The translations under genes were made by a program, and so were the position numbers. Below, piece by piece: positions 10,599-23,107 of a stretch of DNA of 48,011 nt. Position 1 is the first letter of the stretch, and the number at the start of each line of letters is the position of its first letter. The notes below the pieces were generated by a model. The model was not told the DNA's origin. It was given only the letters and a program-made list of their open reading frames with translations, and searched no databases. The stretch is from NCBI RefSeq assembly GCF_001194135.2, contig NC_068994.1:31555786-31603796 (forward strand). Direction: 5' to 3'. Origin of the DNA: Octopus bimaculoides (Eukaryota).

Positions 10599-11057
10599 TA
10601 TAGTATTTTATGGCATAAAAGATGCATGGACATATTAGATGCACCCAAAATTCAGCAGTGCATATTTAACTTTGCATATAGAACCCAGGGTGATTTTTTG
10701 AGAAATTTTTTTTGGTAAAAATTACATCTTAAATGCCATCAAATATAGTAATTTGAAATTGAGAAATTGTACCATCAGTTTTGTTCAACATTTGTAAGTT
10801 TAAAACTAAAACACACATTAATTTCCAACACTATATTTAATTAACTAGTTAATGGGAACAAAGTTACCATATTTGACAGCATGAAAGATACACATGCATA
10901 TCAGATGCACCCCAATTTCAGCAGCGTGTATTCAGGAAAAACAGTTTTTAGTGCATTAACTTTGAATACAGGGACCTGGAATGACTTTCTTTTAGAGATA
11001 ATTAAAAGCAAAAAACAAAAAACAAAAAAACCCTGTTATATGCCATTAAATATGGTA
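10599..11057. mobile_element. Two adjacent copies of a TA-flanked pogo/Tc2-like MITE (10599-10750, 10865-11057)
   Basis: TIRs of the TAC(C/T)ATATTT...GGCAT..AAGA type on both copies; shared internal AGATGCACCCAA. Confidence 0.65.
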
Positions 11058-11402
11058 AATAAAGGGAATGTTTCACATTAATCAATTGTCTCTGGGTCTC
11101 TACAAATATTTCTAAAGAATCTATTTGCAAAAGTTGCAGAAGCAAAGAAAGGCAAATATTCCATTAATGCAATTATGAAGATGAAACCAGCATAACATTT
11201 TTAAAAGGACTGCCAGTCTATTTGGAAAGGGTAGAATTGCCTTGATCAAGTTTCTATGGGATTTGACCACATCAAAGTGATGTGGAACTGTCCAAACTAT
11301 GAGTCCCATTATTAGATTCCCTTTGATGTTTTGGGGATTTAAACAATAATGGAAAACATGCACAAAACTGCATAAAAATAAACATAAAATATTGATATAG
11401 AC

Positions 11403-11444
<42 letters not shown>

Positions 11445-11448
<4 letters not shown>

Positions 11449-11850
11449 CCTTTCTACTTTAGGCACAAAGCCTGAAATTTTTTGGGAAGGGACTAAATTG
11501 ATTACACTGACCTCACTGGTACTTAATTTATTGACCCCGAAAAGATGAAAGGTAAAGTTGACCTTGGCGGAATTTGAACTCAGAATGTAAGGATGTATGA
11601 AATGTAGCTAAGCATGGCATGCTAACAATTCCACCAGCTTGCTGTTTTTAAAAATAGTTTAAAATTTTGACAGAAGGCCAGTAATTTCAGGGGTAAATTG
11701 ACTCTGAAGTTATATTGACCCCAGAGTTCAACTGGAACTTATTTTATTGACCCTGAAAGGATGAAAGGCAAAGTAGACCTCAGAATACAAAGATGGAAGA
11801 AATGCTGTTAAGCATTTTGCCTGGTGTGTTGGTTTCTTTGCCACCTTTAA
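11445..11850 (-). mobile_element. Two tandem family B SINEs with an (ATT)n tail
   Basis: Two copies of the GACCCCGAAAGGATGAAAGG module; (AAT)n at 11404-11447. Confidence 0.8.
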
Positions 11851-12120
11851 TAATAATCATGTTTTGTGTTAGCAATTCAGCATGTTAGGCCCCTTCAATA
11901 TATAATACATCCACCTCCATTTTTTTAAAGTAGCATTCAGATTACTCAGTTAAATGCAATGCTTATTTATTTACATTGTTTTGAATTGACCATGCATTAT
12001 CATGTAGCTTCAAGATCTTGATGATGTGACAATTTCTTTTTAGAATGACATTGTAAGGTTAGTGCGAGAGGTTGATCAGACCAGGTTGAGCATAAAATAA
12101 GTAGAATATTTGGGCTGGAT

Positions 12121-12464
12121 GTCATCATCATCATCATCATTGTCGTTTAACGTCCGCTTTCCATGCTAGCACGGGTTGGATGATTTGACTGAGGACTGGT
12201 GGACCAGGAGGTGACACCAGGCTCCAATCTGATTTGGCAGAGTTTCTGCAGCTGGATGCCCTTCCTAACGCCAATGACTCCGAGAGTGTAGAGGGTGTTT
12301 TACGTGCCACCAGCACGAGGGCCAGTCAAGTGGTACTGGCGATGGCCACGCTCGAAATGAGTATTTTATGTGCCACCTGCACAGGAGCCAGTCCATCGGC
12401 ACTGGCAACAATCTCGCTCGAATGTCTTTTCACGTGCCACTGGCACAAGTGCCAGGGAAGCGAC
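12121..12464 (-). mobile_element. RTE 3' end fragment
   Basis: Same tail and hairpin modules as 43946-44222; (CAT)n tail. Confidence 0.88.
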
Positions 12465-12833
12465 TAACCAGTTTAAATGCTATATTATCAAAATGTTTCA
12501 AATCAAAACTATGCCATCTTTGTTTTTAGACATACTGTAACTAAAACTATATTATGCAATATGATGTTCACCTTTTTCTTTTTAAAATGATAAAGCAGTG
12601 ATGGTGAATCTATGACATGTGTCAGCAGTGACACACCAACCATGAGTTTTTATGTGACACACAATAGACTTTGAAAAGAAAAAAAAAATCTCCCTTCACT
12701 ATCACATAATAAAAATCTTATTTATAGGTTCTTCCAGAAAACACAAATATATGTAGTAAATAAATGATACACCAATAACAAGATTGCTAAAGAAATAAAA
12801 TTTTGACATGCTCAGCTGAAAATGTTTCCCATT

Positions 12834-13233
12834 AGGCACAGGCATCCACGTGATTAAGAAGCTTGCTTTGAAAGCACATGGTTTTGGGTTCAGTTCCATT
12901 GTGAAGCACCTTGAGCAGGTGTCTGCTATAGCCTCAGATCAACCAGTGTCTTGTGAGTGAATTTGGTAAGACAGAAACTGTATGGAAGCCCATCACACAC
13001 ACACAAGTAAATAAATACATAAATAAATGTATATGTGTGTGTGAGTGTGTGTTTGTCCCCAATCACTGCTTGACTCATGTTAGTTAGCAGTTCAGTGATA
13101 GAGATCAACATAATTACAAATCTCTTTAAAAAAAAAATAAATAAATAAATACAGGGACAGATTTGTTTGACTAAAACCTTTCAAAGCAATGTTCCAGCAT
13201 GGCTGCAACGCAATGACTGAAACAAGTAAAAAA
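12834..13233 (+). mobile_element. Family A1 SINE
   Basis: Homologous to 27929-28340. Confidence 0.82.
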
Positions 13234-13451
13234 TAAATAAATAAATAAATAAATAAAAAATAATAATAATAAAAGATAATTATGATAATGAGTAACTGAA
13301 GTGGAGATTTACTTCCTTTTCTTTGTTTCTAGAGAGTTTTCTCTGAGTTTTTTTTAATCAATTATTCTTGCAAATTCACACATTTAAATTAAATTCAGTG
13401 AGAATAAAAGATTAAAAAAAAGTTTGCCACTTTTTATAAACTTTAACTTAC

Positions 13452-14300
13452 CATTCAAGCATGAAGTAGGAACGAGGTAGAAGTTAAACCCCCAGCCCAC
13501 CTGCCAACCACGTATTGATTGAGGTAAACAATGCAAATGTGGCAAGCCCAATGGGACAAAGGCTTGAACTCATACAAGTTGTGGTTGAATAAGTTAAGCA
13601 GCAGTTTAACCACTCAGTAATGAAAAGATTAATGAATAGATAAATAAATTCAACTAAATCAAATGGATTTGCCACTATTAATACAGTATTACACAACCAG
13701 GTTAAAGCTAATTACCATAAATGAGACAGAATGGTCACAAACAATTATCACACCAACTATTAGTATTATTGTTGTGATCTATAGAGTAAGGTTTTCTTGT
13801 TTTTTCTTTCATGTACGTCTTTGTTTAGAAGTGGAAAACTTGGTTGTAAGAGAAAGTGTTTCAACAAGGAAGTTTGTAAATATTTTATCTAAAGAGAGAG
13901 GCAGAGGGAAGAATAGTTGGGGGTGGAATGAGAAAAGCAAATTTGTAAGGGAGAGTAGCTTTCAAGTGTTTTTTGTTTATTTTTGAGGAAAGGGTGAGAG
14001 ACAAAGGTTAGCTTTCAATAATTTGAAAAGAGTGGGTGGTAGAGTGAAGGACTTTTTAGCATATGGCCGAGGGAGGCAAGGTGTAATTTAGATATTTTGT
14101 GAACACATGTAACACAGACACACATATGTATGAGTAAAGGAGTAAGACAAGCAAGAGAAAGGGAAGAAACATGGGAAAGAAAGAGAGGAGATAGTGATAA
14201 AAGAAAAGTGGAGTGATACACAAATAAAGAGAGAGAAAGAGAGAGAGAGAGAGAGGCGGGAGAGATAGAAAGGGAGAGAGAGAGATACATACCATAGTCC
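13452..14300 (-). other. Candidate non-coding upstream FAM53 exon (5' boundary uncertain)
   Basis: Perfect donor AATG|GTAAGT at 13452/13451 in repeat-free sequence; no convincing ORF. Confidence 0.35.
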
Positions 14301-14833
14301 TTATAGGTTTGCTTGAAGAAACCTACAAACTGGATTGTCAGGACTTGCTACGACAGAGAAGTGAAGAGCAAAAATGAGAAAATAAAACACACATAGACAC
14401 ATACACACATGCATTAAACAAAGAAAATACAGACTAAAACAAATCCTTCAAATATTAGCTACACCATGCAAATAGCAGATGCACTTTACATGCATACAGT
14501 CAAACTACTTCTGTAGACAACCTTACAAACAGAACATTTTATGAATATCAATCCAGTTTCGTGTTTCCTCTGTATGCATGTATTAACATCACAGGGCACA
14601 GAGATATTTGCTCAGGTGGTTTTAGTGATCTAGAAAGTGCTTGTCTCCTCTCCAAATCCATATAAAGTAAAGATCAGCACCTACTGCCTATCACTTAAGT
14701 CTTTACATGATTTTAAAATGTGATTTCTAAAAGTAAGACAAATCCACGAAGGAACTGAACTCTGAGCTATATAAAACCAAATGGCTATCACAGTGAATGT
14801 TTTAAAAAACAAAAAAGAATGATTAGTCTAGAC

Positions 14834-15141
14834 CAGGGCTGGCCAACTTGAGGCTTGTGGTCTGCATGTGGCCTGCTTCACACTTTCTTGGAAATATTGT
14901 GTTTAATTTCAAAATAAAACTGCTTGTGTAAAACATTTGTTTCAAAATAAATTTAAAATTTATAAGTGGCAATAAAGCATTAGCCGACAATTTCATAATT
15001 CTAAACAAACAAAAAGTATGAAAAATTCTTGATTCTGTAATTTGATTATTTGACTATTAGTTCATAAAATATACAAGCAGCCCTCAAAAAACTTTCTGTG
15101 ATTAAAGTGGCCCACAATGTAATTTGAGTTGGTCGGGCTTG
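14834..15141. mobile_element. hAT (Charlie-like) MITE
   Basis: TIRs CAGGGCTGGCCAAC and GTTGGTCGGGCTTG; 8-bp TSD GTCTAGAC at 14826-14833 and 15142-15149. Confidence 0.85.
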
Positions 15142-15404
15142 GTCTAGACAATTGACATCCTTTACTGTAAAAGGGAAAGGAAAAGTGCATATGTCACCCA
15201 TTGATATACTTTAATGAGACTTAATTAATTGACCCCTATAAGACTTTAACACTAGTAGGTTTTAAACTCAGAAAAATAAGGCATTGCACTTGACAGTGTA
15301 AAGTAATTAGGCTAAGTAGCTGTTGCTAAAGCAAAATACACATTTAAACCAGACAAAATAAGAATGATTTCACTCTTTTGTCAAATATCTGAATTTGAAA
15401 ATAT

Positions 15405-16150
15405 AGGTGTGGTTGTGTGGTAAGAAGCTTCCTTCCCAACCACGTGGTTCCAGGTTCAGTCCCACTGTATGGCACCCTGGGCAAGTGTCTTCCACTATAG
15501 TCTTGGGCAAACCAAAGCCTTGTGAATGGATTTGATAGACTGAAACTGAAAGAAGCATGTCACACAATGTGTGTGTGTGTGTGTGTGTGTGTGTCTGTGT
15601 TTGTCCCCCCCCACTGCTTGACAGCTGGTGTTGGTGAGTTTATGTCACTGTAACTCAGCAGTNNNNNNNNNNACTGTAACTCAGCAGTATGGCAAATGAA
15701 ACTGATAGAATAAGTACCAGGCTTAAAAAAAAAAAAAAAAAAAAAGGCCAATTTGCTCAACTAAAATGCTTCGAGGCAGTGCTCCAGCATGGCTGCAGTC
15801 TAATGACTGAAACAAGTAAAGAAAAAATATATACATAGCTACAAATGTGGTTAAAATGTTCAATTTACAACCACATGGTTTTGGTTTGTTCCATTGTGCA
15901 ACACATTAGAGAAGTGTATTCTACTATAGCCTCAGGCTAACCAATGCCTTTTGGGTGAATTATAGAGACTGAAACTGTGCAGAAGCCTATCATATATATA
16001 TCAGGTTCAGTCCTTCTGTAAGGCATCTTGTCCAAGTGTCTTGGTGCAGGGTTATAGTAGATGGCACTCACCGAAGGTGCTGTGCAGCGGAACTGAACCC
16101 CAAATCATATGATTGTGAATTCCACTTCTTAACCACATAGCTATGCCTGT
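15405..16150. mobile_element. Family A cluster: A1 (+, 15405-15823), A head (+, 15835-16000), A head (-, 16002-16150)
   Basis: Homologous to 27929-28340. Confidence 0.78.
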
Positions 16151-16855
16151 GCTTAAGTATTTCCACAAACAGAATTCTCTCTCATTTGTGTGTTCTCACA
16201 TCATGTTTGTCATTTCTCAAGTCCTAGAGCCAGATATAATTAGACAGTTTATAATTATATCTATAGCTACAAATAATTAGACAGTTACCCAGTTGTTAGC
16301 CCGGTATCATTGAGATGAAAGCATTTGCTCCCAACTCTACCTGCTTGTCCCATGAAAACTTTATGCAGGAGTAATACTGACACAACAGCTCACAATTATG
16401 CCCAGTGACTCCACACTGACTCAGAAATAGTGCAGCATTGCTGTCACTGTCTCAAGTTCCACATTGTATTGAAATACCAATAGAAATGCCTCTCTCCAAA
16501 GAGAATAATACAGTTCTACAACTGCTCAGTTTGCAAATGTCTAGGTGTCTCCCAGAATATACAAAAAGATATTCACTAACTGTATATAGCAGAGACACAG
16601 AAACAGACATTTGAATAATGACATTAAAAGAGTCATGTATGGGAGGTGGGATAAAGAGATTAGTCAAAACAAAGTATATACATATAAATATACCCAATGT
16701 ATAATATATATATATAAATAAACAAGCACACAAACACATACATTGTGTATGTACCATATTGAATACACATATGTGTAAGGTACAAGCACATGTGTGTGTG
16801 TGTGTGTGTATAAATATATATATATATATATATATTTATGTAGACACAGACACAG

Positions 16856-16890
<35 letters not shown>

Positions 16891-16929
16891 NNNNNNNNNN
16901 NNNNNNNNNNNNNNNNNNNNNNNNNNNNN

Positions 16930-17036
16930 ATCCCAAAAAACGTAGAAAAAACAACATAAGGATGTGGTACATGCAAAATATTAACAGACGCTCAGGGAAG
17001 GCAAGATAGTTTTACGTTTCAAGCAACGCTCTTCTT
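16930..17036 (-). mobile_element. Family E fragment with 5'-truncated hammerhead (17009-17036)
   Basis: ...AAGA-A-GAGC-GTT-GCTT-GAAA-CG-TA-AAAC. The CTG of the core is replaced by the adjacent (AC)n tract. Confidence 0.6.
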
Positions 17037-17082
17037 ATACACACACACACACACACACACTTATGTATATATTACATTTATA

Positions 17083-17290
17083 TATAATATATATGGATAT
17101 TTTATATATACATTACGTACTTCCAATATATATGGATATTTTATATATACATTACATACATCCAATATATATGGATATTTTATATATACATTACATACAT
17201 CCAATATATATGGATATTTTATATATACATTACATACATATAATATATATGGATATTTTATATATACATTACATACATATAATATATATT
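17083..17290. repeat. 39-bp minisatellite, about 5 units
   Basis: Unit ATATATATGGATATTTTATATATACATTACATACATCCA; appears as a 13-aa repeat in the ORF track. Confidence 0.92.
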
Positions 17291-18539
17291 TCATATGTGT
17301 GTGTGTGTGTGTAAATATAACATACACTCACATGGGAGTGTATGTGTGTACACAGACATATTTAAGTTTAAAAAGAAAGAGAAAGGAGAGCCAATGAGTG
17401 CATATTAATAACTACACTCATTTGACAGTACTGACCTAATTGCTCAAAAGAACAATAACAGGCAATGACACAAATGAGTAAAAGACACAGTAAGTAGTCT
17501 TTACAGTAGAAGGTGAGAGTCATTTTGTATCATAAAACTGGTTAACATTATTTCACAATGGAGAGACCAATACAACATGCACTGACTGTATGATCAGCAC
17601 CAACACACCTCACTGAAGTGCTCAACACAATTTATGTCTCATTGATCAGACAAGCCCAAACATGAAACACCACAATGCTGATGATGATGAATACATTTTT
17701 TAACAAAATAACTATAATCTGTAGTATATTCTTTTATTGGTTTCAGTCATTGAGGTGAGACCAAGTGGAAGCAGTGCCTTGAAAGGTTTTAGTCAGTTGT
17801 ATTGACCCATAGTGTATCAAGCTTGGTATTTTACTTCAACAATCTCTGTTTATCGAATGGCTAAGTTACCTGGGTATGAGATGTGCAGGCAGTTGTTTTG
17901 GTGCTGTTTATTTGGCATTGGTGATTTGATGCTGACTTATTTGACATCAGACATTTTAATGTTTCTTTTCTTATCTCCCCCACCTCTCTCTCTTTATGTG
18001 TGTGTATATTTCACTTTATGTGCATGAGGAGGAGAAAGGTGTTTATACCAATTGCATTTAATAAATTGTAATCTCTCTCTTTCATTCTCTTTCTCTCTCT
18101 AAATAACAAATATGAAGTAAAAAGCGATGGAAAATAAAAATGAAGGTAAAAAGATTTTTAAAGGATATTTGTATAAGGCACCTATATAAAAACAAGAAGG
18201 ATGGAGTATAGTTAAGAAGGAGAAACAGTCAGTCAGACCTAGGAAAGATTATGTTCTGAGAATGAATATATGTTGTTCTTTGTTTCTTAAAAAGTGATGA
18301 TGTACAACAGACACTGAAAACGACTAAAACCAGTAAATAAATAAATAAACAAATGAAAAAAATTCCTGTGTGACCTGTGCAGAGCTATGGTTTAATTATG
18401 TATGGATGTATCTCTTTGCAGCTCCTACTGGTCATTCTTACCTTCTCTTCTAAATATTAGTAGCCATGTCGCTCGTCTATGAGAACCTGTTCTGTACCCC
18501 TCATATACTTCAACACTTCATATCCTAGCATAATGCTCC

Positions 18540-18730
18540 TGCCCACCAACCACCATCCTCAGGGTTGTGGTCTTGTGAACTTCATGGTGACCTCAGTAGT
18601 GCTGGTAGCATGAAAGAATAAACCCAGTACACACTGTAAAGTGGTTAATGTTAGGAAGGATATCCTGCCAAAGCAGACACTGGAGCACAATGTAGCCCTT
18701 GGGCACATGGACATTAAATGGTGATGATGA
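18540..18730 (+). mobile_element. Diverged RTE-type 3' end
   Basis: GTGGTTAATGTTAGGAAGG...TGGACATTAAATGGTGATGATGAT tail. Confidence 0.5.
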
Positions 18731-19864
18731 TAATGATGTAGAAGTTCTGAATGATAAACAGTGGGTGTCTACAACTGACAAGTATTAACTAGGCAAGTAA
18801 AGCTGGTACCATACATTATGGAACTGAATTTAAGAGCAAGGAATTTTGAGAGTAAATAAAAAACAATCCAACAAACGAGAAACTCTAAGATAGATATGTA
18901 GATGCGAGAAAAGATTAAAATAACTGAATCAAAATATGTTTAATGAAGATGAATAGAAACTCCATGCATGGAGTAAAATAATATAATGTTCAGAGAACTA
19001 AGAAATACAAGAACAAGAGAAGAAAAAGGAAATTTAAGAAAACATTAAGAAATCTGAATCATTATTTCACTGCAATAAATAATAAGAGAGACATGGAAGT
19101 AGGGAAGAGAGACAAGATTATAGGAAGAAGCTGTCTAGAAGAGATAAAACATCAACAGACTTATGTATAATTAACAATCTTTCTCAAGTATAGCAAAGTT
19201 AAAATAAGATATGATAGTATTATTTACTACTAATGGTTATTCTGAAAATACCTCACAGTCACAACTGTACCCTGCATAGTTATGGGTTGCCCTTTGACAA
19301 AGTATAGCACCTGTTCAGTTACCCTGCCAGTGATACAGTAAAGTCATGGGATTGCAGCATGGCAGATTGTGAAGAGGTAGCAGGAGAGCTCAACCGAGCC
19401 AATGGTGCTTCTTACATTGATGTTGAGAGGAGGAATCCTAGAAGATCAATTGTCAGGATCACCAAGCTCTATCAAGAGAGTAACTGCAACCCATCCATAG
19501 GGGAGGTGTCCATGGTTGTGCAATCAGCTAATGAAAGATTCAATATGACTCAAGCTCTCAATTCAAATTCATAACAGAACTGGATGGTGATAGAGAGCCA
19601 TGGGAATCTGTGAAAGTACTGCGACTAACAACAGCTATCCCTCACAATAAAAAAAAAAAAAGAGTCATAACCCACTCCATTGAAATTTGCAGACAATTCA
19701 TCTACTTAGCAACTATCCCCAATTGAGAAAAAAAAAAACTAACAACAATGATAACGAAAGGAGCTGTATGTTGTTAATAGATGCTCTTTCTTTTTAGTGG
19801 GGGTGGGGTGAGATTGGAAGGGAATAGAAAAAATTTTAAAAAACTTCAGAAGAGGATCTAATTC

Positions 19865-20320
19865 TTTTACATGTCTCAGTCATCTGACTGTAACCAGGCT
19901 GGAGCACTACCTTAAAGGGTTTTAGTCAAAGGAATCAACCGCTGACTTAAGCCTAGTACTTATTCTATTGGTCTCTTTTGCCAAACTGCTAAGTTACAGA
20001 GATGTAAATATACCAACATCAGTTGTCAAGTGATGGTGGGGGGACAGACACAGACACGAAGACACACACACATAAATATATATACATATATTTGTATAAA
20101 ACAGGCTTCGATTGGGGCTGTCCAGAGCAGATGCCAGGCCCATTTGGAATGATGATGTATGCTGGTCTGTTTTACATCCCCACAACTTAATGATTCAGCA
20201 AAAAAGTCTGATAGAATAAGTACCAGCTTAAAGAAATAAGTACTGGAGTCAATTTGTTCGACTGAACCCTTTAAAGCAATGCCCCAGCATGACCACAGTC
20301 CAATGACTGAAACAAGTAAA
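19865..20320. mobile_element. Two family A1 3' halves in opposite orientation
   Basis: Tail motifs at 19865-20065 (-) and 20160-20320 (+). Confidence 0.7.
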
Positions 20321-20375
20321 AAATGTATTACAAGATTATAAGACTAATGTGTGTGTGTATGTGTGAGTGTGTGTA

Positions 20376-20409
<34 letters not shown>

Positions 20410-20413
<4 letters not shown>

Positions 20414-20665
20414 ACAATTAGAAAATGGAGGATAATATGCTGAACCCAACTACTTGCAGACGGTGTATCCCGTTGAATTCATTAATTTAATTCATTTATT
20501 TCTAATTGTTATACAAATTTTGGGTAAAACCTCCACTTTTACCCGCTCCCATTGATTGCACTTAGTATAGCACTAGTGTAGCAATAATTGGGTACCCTCC
20601 CAGCAGTATACTGGATAGATACTATCCCTTAGTGGGTTGAACCCCCAACCCCTAACTCTCTCATG
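20410..20665 (+). mobile_element. Family D non-autonomous element embedded in (TA)n
   Basis: 15-bp subterminal inverted repeat (20410-20424 and 20499-20513); body homologous to 27661-27828. Confidence 0.6.
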
Positions 20666-20720
<55 letters not shown>

Positions 20721-23107
20721 AAACTAGAATTGGATAAATTATATAAAAAAGACAAAACATGACAATAATGCACATTAGATTAAGCCGACAAGAGAACATT
20801 ATATGCCACAACTTTTTAAAAATGTAATACAAGCCTTAAGAAAACCCACTCTAAAAATTGAGTGTCTTGTAAAACAGGTTATTCATAATTTTGCTAGACA
20901 CGGCTATGATTAATGTATCAAGTTATGCAATAGTTGTATACATTTTGTTTTCCAAATTTAAGCAGTTTTTTCTTTCACTTTTTTATTTTCCAAGCAAATC
21001 TGTACTGGTAATTTTTAAACTTTCCATACAAACTGTACCAGCTATTTTTTACTTGATCTCCAGTGTGCCACAAAGTCGACTTAGCTCCACTGTTCAACCT
21101 GCTAGACATAGCAGCTAAATCTCTCTCAAATCATATCAGTAGGACTTAAACCCAGAACATTACAAACCACATCTAAATACTGCTAGTCATTCACTACAAT
21201 AATGACTTCAGAGAAACAATGATTCTAATTAGTAGAACCAGTCCACTGACAGATTAAGTGGGGTACAGTATTTAATTACAATTTTTCACATTCTCAGTTC
21301 ACACTGAGCCAAGGGTGGCTGAGACTTTCATCCACTTGAGATGGATAGAAATTAAGGACAAACCAAGTAGTGGCATGAAGTTCTGAGTTCACACCAAGCC
21401 AAGACTGGCTGAACCTTTCATCCACCTGAGATGGATAAAACTAAGCACTCAGTACAATCTGTAAAGTGGTTGTCATTAGGAAGAGTAGCTGTAGAAATGA
21501 TGCCAAAACAGATACATGAGCTTGGCTCAGCCCTCTGACTTGCCAACTTCTGTCAAATTGTTCAACTTATACCATCATGGAAAATGGACATTAAATGGTG
21601 ATGATGATACATGCTCTTCACTTTTCTTTCTATCTGGATGCCTTTCCTGTTGCCAATACTTATTTGTTTGCAAGTAAGGTACTTATTTCATTGGTCTATC
21701 AAATGACAAACCACTCAAATGTTTTAGTGACAGATATAAACAATCATACAGCCCAATACGGTGTCATTGTTTTTATGCAGCAGAGAAACAGCATCAACAC
21801 ACACACAGAGTACACTCAGCAAAGTAGCTGGTTTTAGGAAGGGCATCAAGCAGTGGATATCAAGCCTAAAGTGAAACTCATGAGTGAGATGTGGGTCTCC
21901 AACTTGTCTAAGTAAGCAACCCCATGGAATATATACACATTATGAATGTGGTGACATGTCCCATCCTGCCAACCTGGAACGCATATCAGTGTCACATTAA
22001 TAGCTTAAACACTCCTTACCCCAAAATATGTGATATTGTGTCAATGCTATATTATAATAATGATTAATGTTGTACAAAGTTGGATATAGACCTTATAATT
22101 GGTCAGTAGTAGCTTGCTAATATTTATCTCACAAACCTCCAGATGGACGGCAAACAATAGGATTTTAATGGAGATATGTGAGACATCAAATTAAATCATG
22201 CGAAGCAGCTAGCGTTAAGATGTCCTCTGTTTGTATATGACTTTGTTCAATGAATTAAAAGTAATAAATCATAATGACCCAATCAAAGAAATCAATAATA
22301 CTGAGGTCATGCTGAACTAAGCCATATTTATTGCTAAATTATTTTTGTCTCTATTTTTTATTATTATCATTACTGAATATTTCAAAAGCTGTATTCATTA
22401 TTGAATATTGAATAAACTGTTAAAAACTGCCATGTGTGTGTATATTATTATTATTTATGAGCAAAAAGTTTTCTAAAGATCACATGCACAAAAGCACACA
22501 TATATGCATACATACAAATGTAAATGCATAATAAATATTTGGATATAGAATAAAATTGCAGGAGAGAGAGAATCAAGCAAAGTTCTACATAATGGAGTTA
22601 ACACACCCATGTGGGTTTATTTTTCTATCAAGTCTCATAGACATTCTTGCAGTTTTCTCTTTGTACTTATTCTTTTATCTTTTATGTATGGATAAAATGT
22701 CTCATTCTCTCTCTATCTCTCTCTCTCTCTCACACATACACACACATATATATAGATGATTTAAAGTCAATGATTTGCTATTTGAAGTTTTTCACTTTTA
22801 TACATTTGATCAAATAAAAAGAGGAACATAGTTGAGTAATGGCAAAGTTGAATTATCATCTTTCAACAGATAATCTTGACGACTACATATATTAAATACA
22901 TTGTTCTGCATTTGTTCAGCTACACACACACACACACACTAGGTGAACCATCATTAAACCATAACATGTTAAGCTGTATATCAGATTAACCAGACAAAAT
23001 GCGAATGACTTTTAGATTTCTGTTACCATTTTTGAGTACCAATGTTGCAGCTGACAAAGCCTTCTACTTAGTAAGCCCTCAGTCAAGAACTAGTCTTATA
23101 CCATGGC

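Noticed and set aside
15645-15690. Direct repeat ACTGTAACTCAGCAGT on both sides of a 10-N gap
   Set aside because: Most likely an unmerged contig overlap, not a biological duplication.
17083-17290. CRISPR-like array or 13-aa repeat protein
   Set aside because: Contiguous units without unique spacers in a eukaryotic context; the ORFs are microsatellite artefacts.
19260-19630. GC-richer stretch with ORF 19359..19574
   Set aside because: It looks like a decayed retroelement, but I could not assign any motif or splice pattern.
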